The notes beneath the pieces were generated by a model. It was not told the origin of the DNA. It saw nothing but the letters and a program-made list of their open reading frames with translations, and did not search any database. DNA of 64,000 nucleotides from Candidatus Latescibacterota bacterium. Its GTDB lineage: Bacteria > Krumholzibacteriota > Krumholzibacteriia > WVZY01 > JAKEHA01. The stretch lies in contig OY970173.1 of NCBI GenBank assembly GCA_963707635.1, positions 1,184,001-1,248,000 of the forward strand, given 5' to 3'. Position numbers and translations under genes: made by a program. Position 1 is the stretch's first letter. Every line of letters begins with the position of its first letter. Shown here in pieces: positions 29,739 to 39,108 of this stretch.

Positions 29739-30836
29739 TCAAAGAGTGGCCGGCGTTGGGGGGCAACGCGTCGCCCAGACGCCGCGGAAGAATCCACACT
29801 CGCGGTTCGCCTCGCCGGTGCCCCACACACCCTTCAGTCCACCCATGGCGCGCAGCTCGCGCGAGAACCACACGCCTTCGAACCAGCCGTCCGCTTCACG
29901 GGCGTTGGTGGAAGGAAGCACGCCGTAGGTGCCCTTCAAGAGGCCCTTGAAGCGGCCGTTCTCGCTGATCCACTTGCCGAAGAACACGTGGCGGCCTTCG
30001 CCGTTCTCGCCGTAGACGCCGCGCAGATAGCCCATGTGCACGCCGTTCTCGCTCACCCACTTGCCGCGGAACACGCCGGCGTAGCGCTTGTCTTCGACGT
30101 TGCGCCACTGGCCCGCGAGGAAGCCCTGCGGGCACTGACCCGGCATGACCATTACGGTGTTGAAGGCCACGGCGTTGCCCGCGTCGTCGACGGGAATCAC
30201 CTTGTGCAGGTTGGCCAGCTCGTCCTGGGTGAAGGTCACGGTGAGCGGGCCGGTCTTGAACGTGACCGAGAGCGGCTCGTCGCAGAGAGAATCAACCACT
30301 CCCGCCGACGTGCGCAGAGAATCGCAGCGCGTCTTCAGGAGCGACACGATCACGCCATCGAAGTGAGGCTGGGTGTGAGACACCCACTCGACGCACTGGC
30401 GCGAGGTGCGCGGCAGGAGGTAGTCGCGCGGCTCGAACTGGATGGTCCGCCGCACTACCATCACGCCGTTGTCGGCGCACAGCGATCCCGTCCAGTCGGT
30501 CGAAAAGTCGATCAGAGTATCCGCGCGCAGGTTTCCCCAGGTGACCATGAGGAAACGGTGCGGGCGCCGGCGATCGACGCGGGTGGTGTCGACGTCGTCG
30601 ACCACGGCCACGTCGGTCGCCGGGCCGTAGTCGGCCTCCAGCACCGCCTCGCCGAAGGCGGGGGCCTCGTCGGCTGTACTGAAGCCGCCATATGGATCGT
30701 CGAGGTTCACGGTCTGCTCACGGCTCGACACGTCGTTGGACAGGTCGGCGTCGGCCGCGTTGTCACAGCCGGCGAATACCCACGCTGCCAAGAGCGCAGG
30801 TAGCACGAGGTTCAGGACAGGTTGGATGCGTTTCAT
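29739..30836 (-). CDS. lipoprotein with C-terminal G-x-[FL]-x-G-x-[WY] repeats
   Basis: AAGGAG RBS, lipobox FAGC, eight Gly/aromatic repeats. Confidence 0.8.
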   Translation of the reverse strand: MKRIQPVLNLVLPALLAAWVFAGCDNAADADLSNDVSSREQTVNLDDPYGGFSTADEAPAFGEAVLEADYGPATDVAVVDDVDTTRVDRRRPHRFLMVTWGNLRADTLIDFSTDWTGSLCADNGVMVVRRTIQFEPRDYLLPRTSRQCVEWVSHTQPHFDGVIVSLLKTRCDSLRTSAGVVDSLCDEPLSVTFKTGPLTVTFTQDELANLHKVIPVDDAGNAVAFNTVMVMPGQCPQGFLAGQWRNVEDKRYAGVFRGKWVSENGVHMGYLRGVYGENGEGRHVFFGKWISENGRFKGLLKGTYGVLPSTNAREADGWFEGVWFSRELRAMGGLKGVWGTGEANRECGFFRGVWATRCPPTPATL

Positions 30837-30947
30837 CGGAAGTCACTCCTTGTTCTGGCTTCCCACTTCTTGGCGGCTTCGTGCCGCTGCACGCGGGGCG
30901 CGTCTAACGGGTGGCGGCGCGGGTGGCGTCGCCTCAATCCGGGTATG

Positions 30948-30962
30948 GCAACGCCCGTGCCG
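30948..30962 (-). promoter_or_regulatory. sigma54 (-24/-12) promoter upstream of the repeat lipoprotein
   Basis: minus strand CGGCAC-GGGCG-TTGC. Confidence 0.6.
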
Positions 30963-31127
30963 GGGCCGGGGTTGCATCGGTTGCTCTCGTAAGCTAAAGT
31001 GCCGGCATCGGTTTGGCGCTCCGGGTCGGCTCGACCTCCGGCCCCCTCGACGCCCGGGCTGTCCCTGTGGGTTCACACCGCGTACGCACGGGGACACACG
31101 GAAACCAGGTCCACGAGATAGGGACGG

Positions 31128-32993
31128 ATGACGAAGAAGCATTCCCTCCACTGGCAGGACGTTCTGGCGGCTGCGGCCGTGACCGCGTTCGCGACGGCCA
31201 TCGTCGTGCGGCCGCTCCCGAACCTCGACCTGTGGTGGCTGCTCGCCGTCGGCCGCCGCATCGTCGAGACCCACCGATACATCTACACGGACCCGTTTTC
31301 GTTCACGCTCGCGGGCGCGCCCTGGTCACCTCAGGGCTACGCCTCCGCGATCCTCTTCTTTCTGCTGCACAAGGCGGGTGGGATGGGCGCGATCGGGGTG
31401 CTCCGGGTCGCCCTCGTCGGCGTGACGGTCGCCCTGTCGTTTCGCTCCTTGCGGTCGATCGGCGCCTCGTGGGCGATGGCCGCGCCGCTGGTGATGGTGG
31501 CCGTGATCACCTCGCACTCGCGCCTCACCGACCGCGGCCAGCTCTTCGAGTACGTGTTCATCGCGTGGCTGATGGGGTTTCTCCTCACGTCGCATGAGCG
31601 CCGCGGCAGATCATTCTTCGTCCTGCCGGCGCTGGTTCAGCTGGCGTGGGTGCAGCTGCATTCGAGTTTCCTGCTCGGCCCGGCCCTGACCGCGATCTTC
31701 TTTGCCGCCGAGTGGATCGCATCGCGCGTTCCCGCGTTCCAGGACCCGAAGCGTCACGATTTTGGGCGCGCGGCGAAGCTGGTGCTCCTGATGGCGCTGG
31801 TCTGCCTGGTGAATCCGAATCCGAAGGCGTTCTTGATCCAGCCGTTCGACCCCGCGCAGCGGGAGCTCCTGTCGCAATTCACCCTGGAGTGGAAGTCGCC
31901 CTTCGACCCCGCGATCGCCGCGGGGAATTTCCATCCGTATTATGAAGTGCTGCTGGGGCTCGCGGCGCTCGCCGTGCTCCTGAACCTGGCCAGGCTCCCG
32001 CTGGCGCCGGTGGCGCTGCTCGCGGCGACGGCGTATCTGTCGCTCCAGTCGCACCGCTTCCGCGTCGAGTTCGCGCTGGTGGCGGTGCCGATGATTGCGA
32101 CGCTGGTGATGTCGGCCCCCGCGTTGGGCTCGTTCGCGCGGCGCGGGAAGCGCGCGCGGGCGGCGTGGGCGACGGCAGGCCTCGTGACGGCACTCGTCCT
32201 GGCCGCGATCGGGCGCGACCGCTTTCTCGCGTCCCACGACAATCCGAGGCTGTATCCGGACGGCGCGCTCGATTTCGTGGCGCAAAACGGCGTCGCCAGG
32301 CGGCCGTTTCACTCCATCGGCTTCGGCTCGTACCTCATGTGGGACCTGTACGGAAAACGGCAGACGTTCATCGACGGGCGCAGTTTCGACCCGGGCCTGT
32401 ATCGCGAATTCATTGCCGCGCAGACGAACGTTGCGGGCTTCCAAGCGGTGATCGACAAGTACCGGATCGATTCATTCGTGCTTCCCGCGCCCTCGCGGCC
32501 GGATCCCGGGATGCGCAACGTGCACCACGCGCTGCTCGCGGCGCGCGACCGCTGGGACATGGTGTACCTCGACGAGAATGCGGCGGTGTATGTGGCGCGC
32601 GCGCAGGCGGATTCGTCGTGGCTCGCGGCGCACGCGCTTCGTGCTTACCACCCGCTGACGTTCGGGAGCCTGCCTTCGCCGGAGGCGATGGCGGCGGCGA
32701 TCGTCGACATGGAGCGCATCGTCACCGCGACCCCGGTGTCGACGCAGGCGCTCAACGATCTGGGAATCGCGCTCTTCTCCCAGGGGCGTTTCGACGAGTC
32801 CATCGCCGTGTTCGAACGGCTCGCCCCTCTCCGGCCGCACAGCGCCGACGTCTACATGAACATGGCCCGGGCCTGCGTGGGCAAGGGGGACATCGAGTGC
32901 GCGCTGCGCGCGTGCAACCGCGCGCTGCAGGCCGACCCGGGAAACGCGCAGGCGACGCAGGTGCGCGACGTGTTAATGAGGAGGGGAAAGTAG
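31128..32993 (+). CDS. multi-TM membrane protein (GT-C-like N-terminus) with C-terminal TPRs
   Basis: DLWWLLAVGR...DPFSFT, WVQLH, EW and FIDGR motifs; TPR tail. Confidence 0.8.
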   Translation: MTKKHSLHWQDVLAAAAVTAFATAIVVRPLPNLDLWWLLAVGRRIVETHRYIYTDPFSFTLAGAPWSPQGYASAILFFLLHKAGGMGAIGVLRVALVGVTVALSFRSLRSIGASWAMAAPLVMVAVITSHSRLTDRGQLFEYVFIAWLMGFLLTSHERRGRSFFVLPALVQLAWVQLHSSFLLGPALTAIFFAAEWIASRVPAFQDPKRHDFGRAAKLVLLMALVCLVNPNPKAFLIQPFDPAQRELLSQFTLEWKSPFDPAIAAGNFHPYYEVLLGLAALAVLLNLARLPLAPVALLAATAYLSLQSHRFRVEFALVAVPMIATLVMSAPALGSFARRGKRARAAWATAGLVTALVLAAIGRDRFLASHDNPRLYPDGALDFVAQNGVARRPFHSIGFGSYLMWDLYGKRQTFIDGRSFDPGLYREFIAAQTNVAGFQAVIDKYRIDSFVLPAPSRPDPGMRNVHHALLAARDRWDMVYLDENAAVYVARAQADSSWLAAHALRAYHPLTFGSLPSPEAMAAAIVDMERIVTATPVSTQALNDLGIALFSQGRFDESIAVFERLAPLRPHSADVYMNMARACVGKGDIECALRACNRALQADPGNAQATQVRDVLMRRGK

Positions 32994-33032
32994 CGGCGCC
33001 ACCCGCTCGAGCGGTATCCAATAGGCTCGTAG

Positions 33033-33872
33033 TCACTCCTGCCGCCACGGCGGATCCATGACGCAGCGGAATCCTATGTAGACCCACCGCTTGCCCGGTG
33101 ACGTGCTCTCGCGGTTGGCGCAGCGCAGGTACTTCGGAAACGTGTTCCAGGAGCCGCCGCGGTACACGCGCCGGTTGCTGCTGAACTGCTCGTTGCGATC
33201 CGGAATCCCGCGTGGAAGGACGTCGTTCGGGCCCCGTGGATAGGCTTCGTACTGATCGCTCACCCATTCCGCCGCGTTGCCCGCCATGTCGAAACATCCG
33301 TACGGACTCGTTCCCGACGGGAAGCTCATGACCGGCATGAGCCGGTCGGAGTTGTTGGCGCGGACGCGGTCGAAGCCCTCGCCCCAGGGGAACTCGCGCC
33401 CGTCGGTGCCCCGCGCGGCCTTCTCCCACTCGGCCTCGGTCGGCAGCCGCTTGCCCACGAACCGCGCGTACGCGGCCGCTTCCTCCCAGGTGATGCTGAC
33501 GATCGGCAGCCCGTCTTCGCCGATGCCGTAGCTCCCGTCGAGCCATTTGGGCGGGGCTTCCACCTTCATCGAGTCCATGTAGGCTTTGTACTCGGCGTTG
33601 GTCACTTCGTGGATGTCGATATAGAAATCGTCGACCCACACGTGCCGCTGGGGAAACTCGTCGACCTCGGCCTGCGTGCCAGTTCGGCGCGCCGAACTGC
33701 CCATCAGGAACTCACCCGCGGGAACGAAGACCATGTCCTGGACGGTCGGAACCGGGTCGGGCCGAAACGGTTGCGAAGACCCGGCCGGGGGGTCCGCCGC
33801 CCCCCGGTTCGCCTGCCCGATGGCGGCGCAGAGGAAGGCGGAGACGGCCAACAACAGGAGGACGGGTCGCAT
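33033..33872 (-). CDS. formylglycine-generating enzyme / SUMF1-domain secreted protein
   Basis: FLMGS, EVTN, RLPTEAEWEKAARG, DMAGNAAEW, RGGSW and GFRC motifs. Confidence 0.92.
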   Translation of the reverse strand: MRPVLLLLAVSAFLCAAIGQANRGAADPPAGSSQPFRPDPVPTVQDMVFVPAGEFLMGSSARRTGTQAEVDEFPQRHVWVDDFYIDIHEVTNAEYKAYMDSMKVEAPPKWLDGSYGIGEDGLPIVSITWEEAAAYARFVGKRLPTEAEWEKAARGTDGREFPWGEGFDRVRANNSDRLMPVMSFPSGTSPYGCFDMAGNAAEWVSDQYEAYPRGPNDVLPRGIPDRNEQFSSNRRVYRGGSWNTFPKYLRCANRESTSPGKRWVYIGFRCVMDPPWRQE

Positions 33873-34051
33873 AGGATCGGGGGGTCAGGACCTCCGGCGG
33901 GGTTGGAAGCGTCCGAATTGGGACACTCTAACGGCGCCGCGGCAGGTGAGTAAACCGTAATTCATCGTTCGTGTTATGGAGTCGGAACGGGTCACCGGAC
34001 TCCCGACGCCCGGCGTCGGCCGCCAGGCAATGGGTGGTGCACGGGTTGGGC

Positions 34052-34258
34052 CTAAAAGACTGGAAGGCAGCGCATCTTTCGACACGCTGCCTTCCTCTGG
34101 TGGGGACTAACTGAAAACGACGCGTTTTGGGACTAGGGACGCCGTTTCCTCTTCCTGACTTGGCTTTGCGATAAATTCTGTGAAGCCGATACCGTCCGCC
34201 TCAACCCATCCTAGTATCCGAACGGTTGCCGCATGTTCTTCCCACGGTACCGGCTTCG
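34052..34258 (-). ncRNA. candidate small RNA divergent from LysR
   Basis: promoter TTTACG-17-TATATT (34293-34265), 14-bp 5' stem, GUCCC repeats, terminal 15-bp GAAA-capped stem plus U tract. Confidence 0.6.
34054..34095 (-). terminator. terminator-like hairpin of the candidate sRNA
   Basis: GGAAGGCAGCG-UGUC-GAAA-GAUG-CGCUGCCUUCC followed by AGUCUUUU on the minus strand. Confidence 0.65.
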
Positions 34259-34328
34259 AGGATCAATATAGATCGGGTCTTGATATGCGTAAAATAGAAA
34301 ATGTATATTCTAGTTATAAGAAAAACAT

Positions 34329-35255
34329 ATGGCAGCCATCAACCTGAATCACCTGTTCTATTTCTACGAGGTCGCCCGTCACGGGAGCTTCACGCGGGCG
34401 GCGCGCGAGCTGCTGGTGTCCCAGTCCGCGTTGAGCGTACAGATCAAGTCGCTCGAGACCTCGCTGGGAGCCGCCCTCTTCGACCGCCGTCGCGCCGGCG
34501 TGTCCCTCACGGACGCGGGCCAGCGCGCCTTCACGGCTGCCGAACGGATTTTCGCGGACGTCGATCAACTGGTCGCCGATTTTCGCCAGGACGGCCGGCG
34601 CCTCCCGGGGACGGTGAACGTCGGGACGGTGAACAGCATCGGGATCTACATGCTCCCGGACCTGCTGACCGCGTTTCGGACCCGGTACCCGGATGTTCGC
34701 GTCCGTCTCGACTTCCGCGAGTCCGAGCGGGTGATGGATCAGCTCTACCAGGGAAAAACCGACCTCGCCCTCGTGCCCTGGCAGCGCGCGTATCCCGACC
34801 TCGCGCCGACGGTCCTGACACGACAGAAGCTCTTTCTGGTGGCCCCGCCCGATCACCCGCTGGCGGGTGCGGAAACGCTCTCCCCCCACGACCTCGAGGG
34901 GCACTCGTTCGTGGGGTACCACGAAGGCATGCACACCCGGGCGATGATCGACGCGCTGTTCAAACGCATGTCGCTCAACGTGGAGTACTCCATCGAGTCC
35001 TCCAACGCGGCGACGATCAAGCAGATGGTGCTGGCGGGGATGGGGATCGCTTTCCTGCCCGAGATGGCGGTGGTGGGCGAGTTGCGGCGCGGGCACCTCG
35101 TGCGCCTGGACGTGCCACCGCTGGTGATGCACCAGGACGTGACCCTCTATGTGCGTCGCAACCGCGCGCTCTCGCGCACGGCGACCGATTTCGTGAGCTT
35201 CCTGCAGGAATACTTCGACACGAAGAAACGGGTTTCGGAGAAGCGCGGGCACTGA
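34329..35255 (+). CDS. LysR family transcriptional regulator
   Basis: NLNHLFYFYEVARHGSFTRAARELLVSQSALSVQIKSLE HTH. Confidence 0.95.
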   Translation: MAAINLNHLFYFYEVARHGSFTRAARELLVSQSALSVQIKSLETSLGAALFDRRRAGVSLTDAGQRAFTAAERIFADVDQLVADFRQDGRRLPGTVNVGTVNSIGIYMLPDLLTAFRTRYPDVRVRLDFRESERVMDQLYQGKTDLALVPWQRAYPDLAPTVLTRQKLFLVAPPDHPLAGAETLSPHDLEGHSFVGYHEGMHTRAMIDALFKRMSLNVEYSIESSNAATIKQMVLAGMGIAFLPEMAVVGELRRGHLVRLDVPPLVMHQDVTLYVRRNRALSRTATDFVSFLQEYFDTKKRVSEKRGH

Positions 35256-35269
35256 CCCGCCTCCTCGTG

Positions 35270-35464
35270 GCGGGCGGGATGCGCTCCCTCTATCGCCGTC
35301 CTCCCGCGCACATTGTTGAAATGCGCGACTGCGGATTGGCGTGCGAGGGAGCGCACACCGCCCCTGGGCAGGCGATATATCGGGCGAAGCGCGATCTCGC
35401 GAGTCGCGCGTAGCAACTTGTGCGCGCGAGCGCATGAGCGCGGAGTCCGATATATCGCCTGTCC
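35270..35464. repeat. palindromic intergenic repeat copy 1 (module A 35270-35363 + module B 35366-35464)
   Basis: module B ends GGCAGGCGATATATCGG...CCGATATATCGCCTGTCC; near-identical inverted copies at 51253 and 58283. Confidence 0.9.
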
Positions 35465-35553
35465 GGTTTACGCGGGAGCGGTGGCGGAGGGAGTGTATCC
35501 AGCCCGGACTACTCTTGCAGGCACGCGCCGACCAGAGTGCTATACTCCGGCCC

Positions 35554-36621
35554 ATGCGCATCCTCCACACCGCCGACGTTCACCTGCGCAGCGCCCGCGA
35601 CGAGCGCTGGGAGGCCCTCGGCGCGGTGCTCGACGTCGCGGCGCGGGAGCACGCGGACGTGCTCGCCATCGCGGGGGACCTATTCGACCGCGACGTCGAC
35701 GCGCACGCGCTCAAGACCGAGTTGCGCCGGCGCTTCGAACGCTTTCCCGGCCGCGTGGTGCTCATCCCGGGGAATCACGACGACGGCGGCATTCGTCCCG
35801 GGGATTTCTTCGGTGCGAATGTCCACGTGCTCGCCGGGCACGACCTGGTGGCCGACATCGGCGGCGTGCGCTTCGTCGGCGTGCCGTTCGAGGATGTCGG
35901 CGCGGACGAGACGCTGCGGCGCCTGCGCGACGCGGCGAAGCTCCGGGCCGAGGGCCCCAACGTGCTCCTCTTCCACGGCGAGTTGCTCGACGTCTCTCCC
36001 CTGGGCGGCGCGTACGGCGACGAGGAAGGGCGCGACTACATGCCCGCCCGGCTGGCGGATCTCGGCGAGCTCGGTTTCGACTACGTGCTCGCGGGCCATT
36101 TTCACCGCGCCCACGACGTGCGCGCGTGCGGCCGTGGCTACTTCGTGTATTCCGGGTCGCCGGTTTCCATCACGCGCCGCGAAACCGGGTGCCGTCACGC
36201 GAACCTCGTGTCGATCGGGAGCGCGCCCGAACCCGTCGCGCTGGACACCCACCACTACCAGGCCATCGACGCGCGCCTCGCGCCGGACGACGCCGAGCAC
36301 CCGCTGGCCCGCATCGAGCGCGAACTCTCGGGTGCCGACCCGCGCGCCCGCGTGCTCATGTCGATCCGGGGCTTCACCGATCTCGAGAAATGGGGACTGC
36401 GCGAGAACGAATTCCACGCCGCGCTCAAGGTGCTGGTGGCGCGCTTCAACGTCGAGACGCTCGACGCCGGCGAGTGCCTGGACGTGACCGGGATCGTCGA
36501 AGGCGACCTGTTTCGCCGCTTCGCCGCCCGGCTGGAGGACTCGGCGCTCCCGGAGGACGAACGCGCGCTGGTGCGCGAGATGGCCATCCGTGCCATGATG
36601 GAGGTGCCGGGTGCACGTTAA
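35554..36621 (+). CDS. Mre11/SbcD-like metallophosphoesterase (DNA repair exonuclease)
   Basis: MRILHTADVHL, AGDLFD, PGNHD, FHG, GHFH and YSGSP motifs. Confidence 0.9.
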   Translation: MRILHTADVHLRSARDERWEALGAVLDVAAREHADVLAIAGDLFDRDVDAHALKTELRRRFERFPGRVVLIPGNHDDGGIRPGDFFGANVHVLAGHDLVADIGGVRFVGVPFEDVGADETLRRLRDAAKLRAEGPNVLLFHGELLDVSPLGGAYGDEEGRDYMPARLADLGELGFDYVLAGHFHRAHDVRACGRGYFVYSGSPVSITRRETGCRHANLVSIGSAPEPVALDTHHYQAIDARLAPDDAEHPLARIERELSGADPRARVLMSIRGFTDLEKWGLRENEFHAALKVLVARFNVETLDAGECLDVTGIVEGDLFRRFAARLEDSALPEDERALVREMAIRAMMEVPGAR

Positions 36622-39001
36622 GCGCGTCGTCGTGTCCCGCTACGGACCGCTCGAGCCGATCGACGCCTCCTTCGCGCCGTTTACCGTGGTGCACGGCCCC
36701 AACGAGAAGGGGAAGACGCTGCTGCTCGACGCGCTCCTGCGCATGTTCTTCAAGGACGAGCTCAAGCGGCACGTCAAACTCTTCGGCAATCTCTCTCGCG
36801 TCTCGGAGACCCCGGAAGGGTACGTGGTGGTTGCCACCCACGCGGAGGAAGTCAAACTCGCCGCCGACGCCACGCTGGCGACCGTCGCGCCCTCGCCGAT
36901 TTCCCCCGAGGATTTTCGCAACGTGTTCCTGATCCGGGACAGCGACCTCGACATCCACAACGAGACCGCATACTACGGCCGCGTCACCGAGCAGCTCTGC
37001 GGCACGCGGTCGCGGCAGATCGAGAAGATCCTCGCGGCGCTAAAGATATTGGGACGCCTGCGCAGCGCCACCCCGGACAGCGTGCTTACCAGGAGCAAGG
37101 GCACGCGACGGGTCGGCGAACGCCTCGAGACCGCGGAGGCGCTGCTCGACGAGATGAACGCCGCGCGCACCCGCCTCGACGCGGTGGGGTTCGACGCCGC
37201 CGATCGCCGGCTGGTGGACCGGGTCGAGCGCCGGGCGCAGCTCGAAGTCGAGCGCGAGCGGTTCCGCGCAGCGGAACGGCGGGCACGCTTCCTCGACGCG
37301 CGTTCGATCGTGGCCGCGGCGCGCGAACGTCTGGATGCGCTGGCGCCGCTCACACGCCTCGACGAACGCGACCTGGCGTCGTGGAGAAGAATTGCGGCGG
37401 AGAGAACAATGCTTTCGACCGACATCGAGCGGTTGGAAGGCAATCGCGTGAGCATGGCGGGCCGGGTGGAGGAAGCGCGGGCGTCGCTCGAAAAGGCGCG
37501 CTCCGCCGTGGCGGGGGTCGAGGCACGGCGGGATGCCGCGCGCTCGGAGATCACGCCCGCGTTGGAACGGTGGCTGCGCGACCGCGACGCGCGCGAACGG
37601 GACGAACGCGCCGCGCCGGCCCGTCTCGGAGCCATGATCGCGGCGGCGGTCATCGGCGCGGCCGCGGCGATCCTCGCCTTCGTGATCCGGGAGCCGTTCG
37701 TCGTGGGTGCGGTGGTGGCGTGCGCGGCGGTGGCCGGCGCGTTCGGCTTCGTGCTCTGGCGCGCCGGCCGCGAGCGAGCCGCATTCACCGTTCGCGGGCG
37801 CGACCTCGAGGCCACGGCGCTGCGGCTGGGCTTCGCGGTCGCCACCAACGACGCGCTCCCCGACGCGGTGGCATTCCTGCAGACCGAGCTCGAGCGCGAG
37901 CTGGACCGCGCGCGCGACGCGGAGGCAGCGGTGCGCGCGATCGAGGGCGAAGTGGCGGCGCGCGTGCAGGAACAGGACGCCCGCCGCGCGCGGGTGCAGG
38001 AGCTGGCGGTGGAGGAAGCGACCATTCGCGGGGAATGCGGGTGCCCGTCGATCGACGCGCTGGAGGCGAGCATCGGAGAAAAACGAAAACTGGAGGCCGA
38101 GGTCGACGCCAAGCTGGTCGCGTTGCGCGCGACGCTGCCGTCGGTCGGCGAGCGCCAGCCGCCCGCCGCCCTGGTCGCGTTCGAGCGCGAGATCGAACGG
38201 CGCCTGGCCGAGATCGCGGACGCGGGTGTCCCCGACGATCCCGACGCATCGGCGGCGACCGAGCAGGAACTCGCGCACGTGGTCGAAGAGGAGCGCGCGC
38301 TCCGGCGCGCGCTGGAACAGGGGCGCCACGATCTCAAGCACATCGAATTCAAGCTCGCCGAACTGGGCGTCCTCGACGAAGCGCCGCGCTGCCGGACCGC
38401 GCGGGAACTGTCGATGCTGGGCGATCGGGTCCGGGAGTTCTGCGAGGCCGTGCGCCGCGACCAGCGCCTCGCCCACGAAGCGATTCGGATCTTCCAGGAG
38501 CTCGACGCCGAGGAACGCGAGCGCGTGGGCGAACTCTTCGGCGAGGGGTCGATGGTGTCGAAGTGGTTTCACGAGATCACCGACGGACGCTACCGGGCGG
38601 TCTACTTCGACGCGGAAAACGGGGAGGTCGAGGTGGAGCGCGCGGACAGGAAGCGCCTGCCGGCCGCGTCGCTCTCCGGCGGGGCGTTCGACCAGCTCTA
38701 CCTCGCCATCCGGGCGAGCATCGCGGAACGGATGCTTCCGGAGTCGAAGGGCTTCTTCCTGCTGGACGATCCCTTCCTCAAGGCGGACCGCGAGCGACTG
38801 CGGACGCTCATGCGGATGCTGCGCCGTCTGGTCGAGCGGGGGTGGCAGGTGATCTACTTCACCGCGAAGGACGAAGTGGTCGACGCGCTCGAGGCGGACG
38901 CCCGCGCGGGCAACGTGTCCATCATCGAGTTGGAACGCCCGCTGTTCGCGCGGCCGCTTCCGCAACCGCCGCAGCGGCCGGACCTGCCCGGTCTCTTCTA
39001 G
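36611..39001 (+). CDS. Rad50/SbcC-like (YhaN-type) coiled-coil ATPase with internal TM hairpin
   Basis: Walker A GPNEKGKT, signature LSGG, Walker B LLDDPF, long coiled coil. Confidence 0.88.
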   Translation: MHVKRVVVSRYGPLEPIDASFAPFTVVHGPNEKGKTLLLDALLRMFFKDELKRHVKLFGNLSRVSETPEGYVVVATHAEEVKLAADATLATVAPSPISPEDFRNVFLIRDSDLDIHNETAYYGRVTEQLCGTRSRQIEKILAALKILGRLRSATPDSVLTRSKGTRRVGERLETAEALLDEMNAARTRLDAVGFDAADRRLVDRVERRAQLEVERERFRAAERRARFLDARSIVAAARERLDALAPLTRLDERDLASWRRIAAERTMLSTDIERLEGNRVSMAGRVEEARASLEKARSAVAGVEARRDAARSEITPALERWLRDRDARERDERAAPARLGAMIAAAVIGAAAAILAFVIREPFVVGAVVACAAVAGAFGFVLWRAGRERAAFTVRGRDLEATALRLGFAVATNDALPDAVAFLQTELERELDRARDAEAAVRAIEGEVAARVQEQDARRARVQELAVEEATIRGECGCPSIDALEASIGEKRKLEAEVDAKLVALRATLPSVGERQPPAALVAFEREIERRLAEIADAGVPDDPDASAATEQELAHVVEEERALRRALEQGRHDLKHIEFKLAELGVLDEAPRCRTARELSMLGDRVREFCEAVRRDQRLAHEAIRIFQELDAEERERVGELFGEGSMVSKWFHEITDGRYRAVYFDAENGEVEVERADRKRLPAASLSGGAFDQLYLAIRASIAERMLPESKGFFLLDDPFLKADRERLRTLMRMLRRLVERGWQVIYFTAKDEVVDALEADARAGNVSIIELERPLFARPLPQPPQRPDLPGLF

Positions 39002-39014
39002 AAAAAACCCTGCA

Positions 39015-39044
39015 TTGACAGGTGGGGCGTCGTCACGCTAAATT
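39015..39044 (+). promoter_or_regulatory. putative sigma70 promoter
   Basis: TTGACA-18-TAAATT. Confidence 0.5.
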
Positions 39045-39108
39045 ATAAGACGTTAACGGGTTCCCCCTGACGGCCGATCCACCCCTCTCGTCAATCCAGC
39101 GGTACTCG

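Noticed and set aside
34211..34234. 7-codon minus-strand ORF MRQPFGY inside the candidate sRNA
   Set aside because: Too short to support. It has no regulatory codon run and lies within the loop of the 5' stem.
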